DNA from: Octopus sinensis
Lineage: Eukaryota
Direction: 5' to 3'
DNA: 64,000 nt
Assembly: GCF_006345805.1 (NCBI RefSeq)
Contig: NC_043005.1
Coordinates: forward strand, 103,106,001 to 103,170,000
This document shows, piece after piece, positions 51,627 through 64,000 of this stretch. The position numbers were made by a program, and so were the translations under genes. The notes beneath the pieces were generated by a model. It did no database searches. It had not been told where the DNA came from and saw only the letters and a list, made by a program, of their open reading frames with translations. Numbering within the stretch: position 1 is the stretch's first letter; each line of letters begins with the position of its first letter.

Positions 51627-52884
51627 AGGAGACGGATGAAAGTCCAAGGGAAAAAGAACATGGAGGAATAAATCGCCAATGATCCACGTGGTTATATTTT
51701 GAAATGACCGGAAGGGATTGGATGAAGCAAAAGTTCTTCTAAGACAGGAGAGTGTAAGAGGCGATATCTGTGTGTGTTTGTGGGCATGTGCATGCGCGAA
51801 AGTGTCTGTGTGTATGATAGGATGTGTGTGTTGTCTGTGTGATGTTGGCTGTTTATATGTGTATGTGTGAGTGATCTTTGTGACTCAATATGTGGTAGGA
51901 AGAATTCAGCAGCCTGATAACAAGAGTGGTGGTCTTTTGCATAGTTGTGTATCACTTCACATGTGCGTAGATGAATGGTCAGCAGAAAGGTGTTTGACTG
52001 GTAGTTTTAAGTATGTGTATGTGTGTGTATATATGTGTGTGCGTGTATGTATATGTTGTGTGTGTGTGTTTTGGTTGTATGTATTTTGTGCCTGGTGTGT
52101 GTTCATGCGTGTGTTTAAGTGCGTGTGCGTATGTGGTTGTGTGTATGTGTGTGTGCCTGGATTTCTATGTGGAGTTATATGTACATTCCTGTGTGTGTAT
52201 ATGTATGCGTGGGCGTGCGTATGTGTGCGTGTGTGTATGCACGTGTATGTGTAATTTTGTGTGTGCATGCATGAGTGTGTGTTGTGTGTAGGGGAGGTAT
52301 ATGTGCGTTCATGTGCGTTTGCGCGCGTGTGTATGTGTATATATATATATTCACATATATGAAGACAAGTACATGTTTTTGTCTGTGGTAAGCGAACCCA
52401 GTTCGCAACGATGTAGTCTCGGATTCAGGCCCAGTGCTATATCCCCGAGCTGTAAGATATTCTCACTTTTATACAATTAAGGTTACTATTAATGGATATA
52501 TAATTTAGATTATAGTCATTGCTAATTAAAAATTGTTTACAAAACACCTCTCTTTGTGTAGAACGAAATACTATCTCGAAAATAATGCCGCATCACTGCA
52601 CCAGAACGAAAATGAAGGGGGCACGAAATCACGCAATGAATGTTCACGTTTGTCAGTGGAATTTCTATTCAGATTCAATGTAAATTACATATTTTTTTGT
52701 ATTGAATACCTGTTTTTAGTATAATTCACCAGCATCGTCCACTCAATCTACCGATTAAGGATCTCAAACAATTTTACGGTCGGCGACAATATTCAATTAA
52801 AATCTCTGCATTTTTAATGATTTCAGTGCTTGATTGGAGATGGCGTTAAAAATTATTTAAAAACCGGGAATATGTTACAATATA

Positions 52885-53338
52885 TGTATGCTTGTATGTA
52901 TGTATGTATGTATGTATGTATGTATGTATGTATGTATGTATGTATGTATGGTATGTATGTATGTATGCATGTATGCATGTATGCACGTATGCACGTATGT
53001 ATGTATGTATGTATGTATGTATGTATGTATGTATGTATGCACGTATGTATGTATGTATGCACGTATGTATGTATGTATGTATGTATGTATGCATGTATGC
53101 ATGTATGCATGTATGTATGTATGTATGTATGCATGTATGCATGTATGCACGTATGTATGTATGTATGTATATATGTATGCATGTATGCATGTATGCATGT
53201 ATGTATGTATGTATGTATGTATATATGTATGTATGCATGTATGCATGTATGCACGTATGTATGTATGTATGTATGTACGTATGTATATATGTATGCATGT
53301 ATGCATGTATGCATGTATGTACGTATGTATGTATGTAT
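52885..53338 (+). repeat. (TATG)n array with CATG/CACG variants
   Basis: Direct reading. It is the source of the MYVC/HTYI ORFs. Confidence 0.97.
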
Positions 53339-53867
53339 AGAAAATATAGGAGGATCAGTTAACTATGATTATGGTCAACATATTCCTCTCTCACATTCAA
53401 AAACCTATTGTAGCGGTCCTTCCGTTTTTAAACCCAGTAAATGTACCCTAAAGGTTGGCAACACCCTTAAAGTCACCCACATATTCACTCGTGCGCTGGC
53501 TCAGATATTTTATATATATTTATATACAAACATATATGACTGTCTGCGCGTGTAAGTGTATTAGCGCGCTCGCTCGTGCGTGTAGATAATACTTGTATTG
53601 GGCTGAATTTCAATAAGTTTTAAAACAGATTAACACAAAAGGTGAAAGAATATATTAGATTTTGAATATAAATGCGGTATCTCTTAGCGTTTTGCACGTT
53701 ATTCCTTCATGAGAAATCCATTAGAATAGCACCGAGATATAAACCAAGAAAGGTATGACGAGCGTATACAAAATATACAAAAAAGAAAAGTGAATCGGAA
53801 TTAGAAGTCTGCAAAATAAATGAATAATTGAAAAATGCATTGAACGACAATATGAGTTTTGGAAGAG

Positions 53868-54198
53868 AGTTGACCCTATAAATTGCAAAATAAAATTTTG
53901 AATTCATTGACGGTCAAAGTTGGGAATAAAAACAGGACAGTGGATACATGGAAGGAAACCGAATGAAAACATGGACGATCGCTAGACCAGAACGAGGGGA
54001 ACATAGTGAACGCTGTTGAAAATATTTTCTTTGAAAAGAGAAAAGATAGGAGACATCCAGTCCTTGGAACGTCGTGCAGGAAATAAAAGATGTCCGTTTT
54101 CGTTCGGTTTCCTCGTACGTCACCACTGCCCTGTTTTTGTTCCCAACTTTGACCCACCATAAATTCAAAATTTTATTTTGCAATTTATGGGGGCAACT
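53868..54198. mobile_element. MITE-like foldback with ~110-bp imperfect terminal inverted repeats
   Basis: AGTTGACCCTATAAATTGCAAAATAAAATTTTGAATT...GGTCAAAGTTGGGAA.AAAAACAGG...GGAAACCGAA is mirrored at 54089-54198. Confidence 0.75.
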
Positions 54199-54548
54199 GT
54201 TTACGAAGACTCATATTGTCGTTGAATGCTCGAAATGGGGAGTAAATAGACAGCCACAACTGATGAAGGGTTGTTCTCTGTGTTACTTGTTCTGTACCCA
54301 TATGTGCATATTTATATATGATCCTTCATTTATTTCTGAAAAACTGGGGATATTTTCTCATTTTTATATTTTTCTAACTTCTCACTCTCCCTCTTTCTCT
54401 CCCACTCTCTCTCTCCCTCTCCCCCTCTCTCCCTCTTGTGATGGAATGCTCAGTTTATGGAATTTGTACTCATTATGATGATCCACATGCTTGGTTACTT
54501 TAGAAACGGCCGTAAGAGACTTTATGTTTATATTCTCTATCTAAGCTA

Positions 54549-54882
54549 TCGTATTTGATGGCCTATAAGATGCACGAGTTCTTAGGACGCACCCTAGCCT
54601 CGGCTATACTTTTGTGAACTAAATAATCACTAAAATAATGTTTAATTCCTGTATAACTTTATGTTATTACCGGTAATTATAAGCAATGCATTGCATCAAC
54701 ATTCGATATAAACATACCGTTGGCCAGGCTACCAGGCTACATCTACGTGACCTCTGATGTATAATTTCGGCCAACAGTCGCGTGTTTTGAGCATACATTG
54801 AGTGCATTGGAAGCAGGGAGCTGGAGTTAAAGCCATTTTGGGGTAAAAAAAAATGGTGCGTTTTATTCGCCATCAAATATGG
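54549..54882. mobile_element. Tigger/pogo-like MITE
   Basis: TA|TCGTATTTGATGGCCTATAAGATGCAC ... GTGCGTTTTATTCGCCATCAAATATGG|TA. TIRs are about 75% identical, with a TA TSD. Confidence 0.65.
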
Positions 54883-55211
54883 TAATTTACTTTTCGTGTG
54901 ATGCCAAATGATTTGCTTTTTCATTTTTTTTTATTTTAATCCATAGCCACACTCTTAAAGAACAATCCCTTCTAACCGCCTTCGATAGGCAGTCTCATCA
55001 CCACACTTTTCAGTTGTAGTTCAAGCCGGAGTTTTAGCAGTAAACCAACCTGAGCACTACTAACTAGTACATACCTAATATATAACGTCAGTTGATGAAC
55101 ATTCCTTATATATTGTGTCACTCTCTCTCCCTCTCTCTCCCTTTCTCTCTCTTCCTCTCTCTTCCTCTCTCCCTCTTTATATACTTGTGTATATATATAT
55201 ATATATGTGTG

Positions 55212-55282
<71 letters not shown>

Positions 55283-55326
55283 AGATGATAGACAGGTAAA
55301 TAGATAGATAGATAGATAGATAGATC

Positions 55327-55364
<38 letters not shown>

Positions 55365-55396
55365 AGACAGACGGAAATAGAAGGATAGCTAAATAG

Positions 55397-55456
<60 letters not shown>

Positions 55457-58400
55457 CAGACAGACAAATTAGTAGATAGATAGATAGACAAATTGGTAGA
55501 TGGACAGTCAGATAGACAGATGCTTATCTATACATACTTTTGTATACTTTCATTAGACAATTCTGGTATTGATAGAATTTTGTCTAAAATAATAATTGTG
55601 TTATTTGAATAAATAAGAATCCAAGTGAATAAGGTAATATTGTCGTGTTACAAATGTGAGGTTTCGTTTATTATTGTCTAACGCTTACGATTTTGCGAAC
55701 TTCCAAAAGCAAGGCAATTTACAGACAATTGTTTCCATAAAGTGTCGGTACAAATTGATTTAGTATTGTATTGTTTATATAAATTCAGCAATTTTAATCC
55801 TACCAGGGTAATATATTAGTGTTCCTCTTAAGTAATCAATACAGCTAATTATAAATTAAAAGCATTTGATTAAGAAAATTCTTCCCATTCATTTCTATTG
55901 TACGGTTGCGTGTTATACTACATTTTATTCATTGACTGATTGTCCAACAATTAATTGTAGGTAACAAGAAATGTAGAACATTTTTATTTCAACTGTTTTC
56001 CTAAGTATTCAAATTGTAACCAGTTCTTTGTTTCCATAACAACTATTCCTCTTTAAATATCAGGCTATATTGAAATAATGTTCCATAAGGTATAAATAAT
56101 TCATGGTCCTTTCCAGCTTAAAGTATCTGGGATATCTACTTTATAAATCAAATATATTTTGAATGAATTATTCTAAGGAGACCAGGTACATCAGAAACTA
56201 TGATCCCTGTAACGTCTCCCAGACTTGTAAGATTGATGCAATTGTTGTTTAGCAGAGAGAGGTTTGGGATCAGCGATTCAGGGATCAGGATCAAGTGCAT
56301 GCACAGGTTGAATCTGTGCTTAAAGTATCCAAAATCAAGTAGTTAGGTTCAGCGTGACCATGAGTAAATTTTACCATTCAGTTGATTAGAATAGAAACTT
56401 TTGTGCGCTAAAGTAAGTTTCAGATACCTAACCGTATAATTTCCTTATTTATTTATTCATATTTTTAACGTTTTTACCACCTAGTCCGAATTTTTTTTTT
56501 TCTTCTGTTGAATAAACCATAATACTTAATGTAGAAACCTTGGCACGATTATCTTTAATGGAAATTATCGCTATTTGGCCCAACATTTTCCCTCTCTGTG
56601 TGTCTGCAGCTTTTCAAAGATAATGTTAGAATTATTGTTTTACAGAGCAGCTCCTAAACGTAAGTTACTATGTTTTATTCCTTGCATATACTCCAATGAA
56701 GATAGATTGCTGGTCGGTCATGCATATGTATATTATTCTCTAGTTAGAGTTCCAATAATCTGTTTTGTTTAGATAAATGTAGCTCCAAGAATGAATTAAC
56801 CATTCCAGTCTCGAAAAGAATACCTTACATGACAAAACAAATGCATTTAGATAGCAGTGCAGTATGAGGATGAAGAATCTATAAGTTTAAGAAAAATGTG
56901 TAATGCTTAAATAATTATATTGCATGAAGAACTATGAGACTTTATTACTTATGTACAAGCTGACGTGTTGAAGACAGGGAGATGAATCGACTGAATCAAG
57001 TTAAGTATACAAATTACTCTTATTTTCTTGACATCACGGAACCAAACTGCTATACCAAATCTAGTGAAAGTTGAATTCATAATGTAAAAGTGCTAGTGAA
57101 AAGAAACTTTAAGTTTTATCTTCCTATTTGTTATTGAACAGAAATTGTTATTTTTAAACTCTATTCTTGTACCAGCATCAAACAAAATATGCATTTTTGT
57201 GGTATTTTGTAGTTTTATTAAACCTCTAGCACAAACCTTTGCAATAGTGGTACACTTCTCTCTGCTAGTCTGGTCGGCCGGGAGGCGACTCTTTTTAAGT
57301 ACTCATTTTGAGTAAAATGTCTAATGCTGGGTATAATATATTGGGGGATAATATATTAGGCAGGATATTTGAAAAAAGGATTTCAGTAAATTGTGTATGA
57401 ACGACAGTAGATTGGGACAGCTATTTTCTGGAAATAATGGTCACTGTCATTTCGAGAGCGATGGTAAAGTGATGTAAAACCTCTGTGGACCAGAGGTTGC
57501 CCTATGAATTGAATTAATTTGTTCAAATCAATGCAGTAGCCTTCCCTTGGTTGCGTTCTAACATACCTCTGTGTGAAGCAGCAGCATTCTCCTTTATGTG
57601 AGAGAAGTAAACTATTTTGCTGTCTCAGCTTAGCTTTGTGGACTGTAGTTATTGGGAGGTGGAATGAATATTTTGATTTGAACTTAATGCCAGTTTTTGT
57701 GATGCAGCTTAGGTAACGTTGATGATGGTTGTTGCAAGGTGAACATTTCATTGAAGCTGGGTCTAGCTTCTATATCGACCTTGAGTGAACCTGTGAGCTA
57801 TTAATATACAAATACAGTGTACATCTGGTTTCTGGTGTAACACTAGTGCCTTACCTTGGGTTTAGTGGAAACCAGTCTTAGTGGAAAATGCTCTGGTAAA
57901 ATCATTCGGTTCAGGTTTTCCACTTCCAAATTAATTCTTTGGATATACTGAAACGAATCTGATTCCTTTTTTACACAGATGGAACTTCATTCAATATATT
58001 TGAAAAATCCTATTTTTGTATGTTAAAAATATTTTATGTTAGATATATTTAATAATTAATCGTCGTATGATACTAACACTTTAATCGCCTTTGGGGATTG
58101 TTCTAAATAATCCATCGTACCAATAACAGTGAAGCACATCAGAAGGAAGTATACTGCTGAGTTATTTTTCAGAAGCCTATTTCTGTCTCGAAATACAGTT
58201 ATTTCACTTCTCTTCTCTCATATTATTTAATTAACGCTTTAGAGGCTGGCGTAAATCTCACAAAGTTTTTAGTCACAGATTATAAATTCGCCATCTTTCC
58301 TTTCCCATCTTGTTTCTCTCTTCTGCTCTCTTTATCCCTGACAACACACAAAACGCAAACACACGCAGACACACACGCAGAAACATACACTTGTATAGAT

Positions 58401-58457
58401 AGCTAGCTAGCTAGCTACATATATATATGTATATATATATATATAATATATATATAT

Positions 58458-58531
<74 letters not shown>

Positions 58532-60538
58532 TAGATATATAAACGTGGGGAGCGATGGCGTATGGGAGACAGTACTATTTTATTTACATCTACGGAGGTC
58601 ACTATGGCAACATAGTCTATGTTGGGTTATGAAAAGGGTGAACAGCCCATAAAAAGAAATGGTTCTGGTCTGTTTTCTCTATCAAACTGAAGCATGATCT
58701 GCAAGGGACAGTTATCTCAGACAGAGATGGTAACTTGAAATACCGTTAAAAATATTCCACTTCGATTATGACTCGTGTAATACCCAGTAAAATATAGGGT
58801 CCACTTTACCAGGTCGTAGGAAATTAATAACTCACTCAAAAATGTAACATATGTTATATCATTTTAGTTGCTATGGCACAAAAAAACAGTTATCTGAAGT
58901 ATACGGAAAACGTAAATTAAAAATAAACCCAAAGACACTATGTTAATATCCAAAGAGAAAAAAATTGGTATCAATACAAAGCAATACATAATGCATTATT
59001 GTGTGATACTCTGTAATATCGACTGATTTATGAGGTCAGAGAACCTACTTAAAAAGAAGCACAATACATTTCATATCACATTTGAAAGGAAATATATCAA
59101 TTCCTAACCAAGTATTATATATAAATTATAACGATATGTGAAACTCGCTTCAAACATCAAACATATCGTTCTATTGGAGATACGAATATTGTAAAAGACA
59201 CAAGCGATATTGTATAAATATGTAAACCATACCAAGATACATTAGTCTCGCCCTATCTTTTATAGTCTGTACGGCGAATTCATTTCAACATTTCAAACGG
59301 CTAATTCGTGAACGCATACTCGTAAGTATACCTACTAATATTAACATACATACATGCAAAAACTTAACGATAATATAGATGTATGTGTATGTGTATTAAT
59401 ATATATATATATATATTATATATATATATATTATATATATATATATATACATACATATATATACATTTATATATATACATATACATAGATATATGCATGT
59501 TAATATATATACATATATATATGTGTATATATATATAATTAGATAGATACCTAGATAGATAGATATACACATTCTTGCACACATTTAAGAGGTCAAAAGC
59601 ACTATGAGTGAAGTATGAAAATAGTTGTGCTTAGCTGCATATAGGTAATATATTTTCGGAAACATGACGGTATACTTACGTGTATATTAATGTAAAGAAT
59701 CAATTTTTGACATGAGTGAATATATTTATGTATGCATACATATATAAATACGTGCACATACACACATACACACACACACACACACGCACACGCATATACA
59801 TACATATATGTGTGTATGTATGCTATATGTATGTATACGTGTGTGCGTATGTATGTTTGCATGAACGAGTGTGCGGGTAGTGGTACACTTATTGTAGCCA
59901 ACGTATACTACTCCCTATAAAATACTACACGCGAACGCAGACAGAAGCACACACATATATACGTTTATGTATGTACGTATGTATGCAATATGTGCGTATT
60001 TATGAGCGAATGTGCTTTAAGCATTGCCTATATAGGAAATCTCTACTACGTTCTAAATGTATAGAAATAATTCTCTCCCTCTAGAAGAAGACAGAAAAAC
60101 AACAGAACATAATGGAGTCAGTAACAAAAAGTATAACTGCGAAAAACAATCACCAGGCATATAAAAGTAATTTTAACTTGAAAGATCCTTTGTTTTCAGA
60201 ATACAAAGCGTTTTATATTGGCGAGAAAGCTTAATGTTTTCACAGCAGAAATGAAAAATAACAGAGACGAAAGAGAAAAGGAAAAAAAAATAATAATAAA
60301 TAAAATAAAAATACTAAAATGAAACCAAACCAAAATCGCAGCCAACTAAAATGAGAATAACAAGATATTGTGAGGAATAAATGTTTCTGCCCCTCTCTTC
60401 CACATCTCTTTCTTTGTCTCACCTCTTCTCTCCCTTTATCTCTCTCTCATATATATATATATGTACATATATATACAATTTTATATGTATATATATATAT
60501 ATATATGTACATATATATACATATATATATATACAATT

Positions 60539-60585
<47 letters not shown>

Positions 60586-60750
60586 ATATATAATATATTC
60601 AAACATAACACATGCCTACATATATATATATAGACATATAATTACAAAAATAAATGTATACATGTATGTATATATGTATGTATATATATATATATGTATA
60701 CATATATATAAATATTATACATATATATATATATATATATTTATAAATAT

Positions 60751-60782
<32 letters not shown>

Positions 60783-60862
60783 TATACAATTTTATATGTA
60801 TGTATATATATATATATGAATATGTATATGTATATATATATATATATATGAATATGTATATG

Positions 60863-60894
<32 letters not shown>

Positions 60895-61254
60895 TTATAT
60901 ATATATATATTATATATATTACTTAGTGTGTATGTATGTATCAGTTTGTATGAAATATGGGATGGTTTGTGTTAGAGTATTGATGTATTTTACGTTAAAG
61001 TTTGAGTAGCAGAAAATAATAACATCAATAGTTTTATTTATAACATAAATCTCCTGCTAACGATGAAACAAATATTACTGCACAGTAAAATGCAGTGAGA
61101 AACAAACTGTACAACGCGACAGCAAGGGCTACGAAAATATAAGTATGAACAATAATAGCAGTACGTGTAATTTAATAAGAATAAAGAGAAAAGAAGGAAA
61201 AATATTATCGTCACAGTCATATCTTCATTATCACACCACTAACACCGCCACCAC

Positions 61255-61316
61255 CACTATCATCATCATCATCATCATCATCGTCATCATCATCATCATC
61301 ATCATCATCATCACCG

Positions 61317-61353
<37 letters not shown>

Positions 61354-61480
61354 ATCATCATCATCATCATCATCATCGTCGTCGTCATCATCATCATCGT
61401 CGTCGTCGTCGTCATCATCATCATCATCATTGTCATCATCATTATCATCATTATCAAAATCAACATCATCATTATCATTA
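61255..61480 (+). repeat. (CAT)n/(CGT)n array
   Basis: Direct reading. Confidence 0.95.
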
Positions 61481-61520
61481 CCATCGCCTTTATTGTTATC
61501 ATTCTTATTATTCAAACATT

Positions 61521-61699
61521 TAAGGCGGCGAGCTGGCAGAATTTTTTAGCGAGCCGGGCGAATTGCTTAGCAATATTTCGTCTGTCTTCATGCTGCCGGA
61601 GACGACTTTGCCTTTGGGGTCGATAAATTAAGTACCAGTTACACACTGAGGTAGATGTAACCGACTGGTCCCCTCCCCTTGTGCCTATAGTAGAAAGGA
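61521..61699 (+). mobile_element. SINE family 'C' with an internal deletion and a 16-bp TSD
   Basis: AAGGCGGCGAGCTGGCAGAAT head; TSD TTATTATTCAAACATT at 61505-61520 and 61700-61715. Confidence 0.9.
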
Positions 61700-61789
61700 T
61701 TATTATTCAAACATTAAAAATAATTGTAACGCTTATATTAAGTGTAATGCACGCTCATTTTGGGATGAGAATTGTCTATCTTATAAATT

Positions 61790-61830
61790 ACTAGCAAACG
61801 CACCCGCCGCTTTGACGGTTTAAATAGCTT
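61790..61830 (-). mobile_element. Possible Helitron-type 3' terminus
   Basis: Minus strand reads AACCGTCAAAGCGGCGGGTGCGTTTGCTAGT: a GC hairpin about 10 nt before CTAG-T. The element's extent is not determined. Confidence 0.4.
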
Positions 61831-62861
61831 TGGTGGTGTATTTTTCACCAAATAATTGAACTACTGAGATTGGAAGATTAACCTGAAGGCTGGATACTGT
61901 GCATGTCGTTGTACTTTAAGGATCATTGAAGATATAAATTTGCAAGCGATGCAAAGTAGAGCTACTGAAGTGTTTGGGGATTATGGATAATATAGTTGGT
62001 TTACATGAAATTTCTTGTCAGAAACAGCCACATTAATGGTGAAAGGAAATTCAAGGAAGACGTTGAAACTTCCCCTCTGCGAATTTGTTTTATTTAACAG
62101 CAAAGGGAGCTATTTTTTCCAGGTGATAACCTAACAAAAAGCCTTTTTATTCTGTCTCCACACATAGCCTGCACATAAAATACACAACAAATACTGCATA
62201 AAGTTAAATTGGTATAGAGCTTTCTGAAAGATATGTGTAGCTTTCGCTAGTGGAAGCAAAACTTGGCGGAGTTATGATGTAAGCATGTGCTAAAACCCCT
62301 CATAAGTTTTTTATTTTTACGATTTTTTACAAAATTTATTCCATTCTGTTATCTGCATAATGGAATTGATAAGACTATGCAAAAAAAAAATATATAATTT
62401 CTTTCCCCACAATTTTTTTTTTATATACGTCGTTGTTTCAAAATACAGAATCTACCAGTCGTTTCTCCATATAATTTCCAAATAATTTTTAAATACTTCA
62501 AATTCAAAATTGCTTAAATATGTGCGCCAGAAACAGTAGTGAAAAATTAAGGAAATAAATTTGGGAGAATTCTCTTGTCACGATTGACTTTTAGTGTATT
62601 GTTCAAATACCTTCTGAAACTTATTCATATACATGTATAAATGCTTACTGAAACATATATAAATATATATACACACACACATACATGTTTACAGAATTAT
62701 ATATATAAATATTTTGGCATATCTACACAATTATGTCCCAAAGATTAAATGTTTCTTAATGAAATTTTCTACAAATATGCTTCAGGTCAAATTGGAATTC
62801 ATTGTGAAAACCGTTTGTCCCTAAATGAGTTTTAGAACATTAAGACCATTAGGCTTTGTTG

Positions 62862-62895
<34 letters not shown>

Positions 62896-63742
62896 TGTAT
62901 GTATGTATGTATGTATGCATGTATGTATATATATATAAGTGGGTGTATAGGTATTATATATTTACACATGCACATACTCACATACAAAACTGACACACCG
63001 TCGGTTACGACGATGATAGGTATCCAAAACTCGTCCAACATGATTTTGTTCCTCTTAAAAAGAAGCTTTCGTCTACTTCGACTATCCGTCATACAACTGT
63101 ACGGATGTCTGTCTACTAATATTGTTGATGGACATACAGCATGTCGCTGACATTACACATATAAAGTCCAGGATTATGTAAAAAAAAATTGTGAGAAGAC
63201 TGTCAACTGACTTTTATTCCGTAAAAGTATTAAAAATTATTTGGAAATTATAAAGAGAGACCAATGGTAGATTCGGACTGACCGTATGTTAAAACTACGA
63301 ATTAAGAAGAAAAAAGTTGCATAATCGTATTAATTCCCTTATGCAGAAGACAGAATCGAAAAATATTTGTAAAAATTCGTAAAAATAAAAAGATATGAGA
63401 GGTTTTAGCACGTGCTTACGTCATAACTCTATCCGAAGCTCTTATTTAAAGGTTGATTCTTTGGGACGAATCGTATATGATTGTTTAAAAAAAGAGAGAC
63501 CGACAATGTAAAAAGGTATTTGAAAGAATGGGCAACTGTTGAAATAACATAATGGGTGGCTAAATAAGCATCTGTAAAGTGAAACAACACATTGGCAGGA
63601 TTTGTCGGAGAGGAGGAACGGTGAATACCTAACAGAATAATAATAATTTCTAACAAAAAAATAAATCGTCTCAGTTCTATATTTAAGAGATGAAGGATTA
63701 TGTACATTATTTACACAATTTACCACTACGCTATATGCCCGT

Positions 63743-63817
63743 GGGCATATGGCGCGGGCTACTAACTCCGAGATTTCGAGTTCGATTCCAAGCAGTGACC
63801 TGAACAACAACAACAAC

Positions 63818-63867
<50 letters not shown>

Positions 63868-64000
63868 TAATAACATCGAAAATTACCTTAGGAATGAGAA
63901 CCCAGGTTCGTAATTTCCCCTAGACACCTGAAGAAGGTTGGCGGGTATATCAGCCGAAACGTTATTTTAACAACAAACAAGATGAGGACAAATATCCGTC
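63743..64000 (+). mobile_element. tRNA-headed SINE-like element carrying a minimal hammerhead (runs off the window end)
   Basis: GGG-CTACTAA anticodon-arm-like segment, B-box GAGTTCGATTCC (63778-63789), (AAC)n(AAT)n spacer, then GACAC-CUGAAGA-A-GGUUGG/UCAGCC-GAAAC-GUU. Confidence 0.75.
63923..63968 (+). ncRNA. Minimal hammerhead with palindromic stem III (AACGUU); stem I partly decayed
   Basis: The core is intact and stem II has 6 bp including 2 G-U pairs. Stem I GACAC/AUUUU has 2 mismatches. Confidence 0.6.

Noticed and set aside
56382-56412. Exon-like segment with AG and GTAAGT boundaries
   Set aside because: Stops in all three frames; such splice-like words are frequent by chance in AT-rich DNA.

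Overview
AT-rich, microsatellite-dense eukaryotic DNA. The SINE families point to an octopus or other coleoid cephalopod (inference). No protein-coding host gene can be confidently built: nearly all ORFs in the supplied track are translations of (TA)n, (CA)n, (TATG)n or (GAT)n repeats or of transposon debris. The window contains tRNA-derived SINEs (CORE-type and Meta-like, several with clear TSDs), a decayed mariner, RTE and CR1/L2 LINE fragments, Tigger/pogo-like MITEs and several foldback inverted repeats. The most striking signal is a dense set of type I hammerhead ribozyme (HHR) motifs, read by eye on both strands. (1) A ~467-bp tandem array at 1.4-3.0 kb carries a complete HHR on the minus strand in each complete unit. 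Two intact ribozymes flank one exact 467-nt monomer, the architecture of a non-LTR retrozyme that could yield a circular RNA. (2) An apparently intact HHR lies inside a long inverted duplication at 45.7-45.85 kb. (3) A tRNA-headed, SINE-like element carries an HHR at 63.7-64.0 kb. (4) About ten further near-intact or decayed HHRs of several sequence families occur, many embedded in (TA)n tracts. All RNA folds were derived manually and none has been tested for activity.
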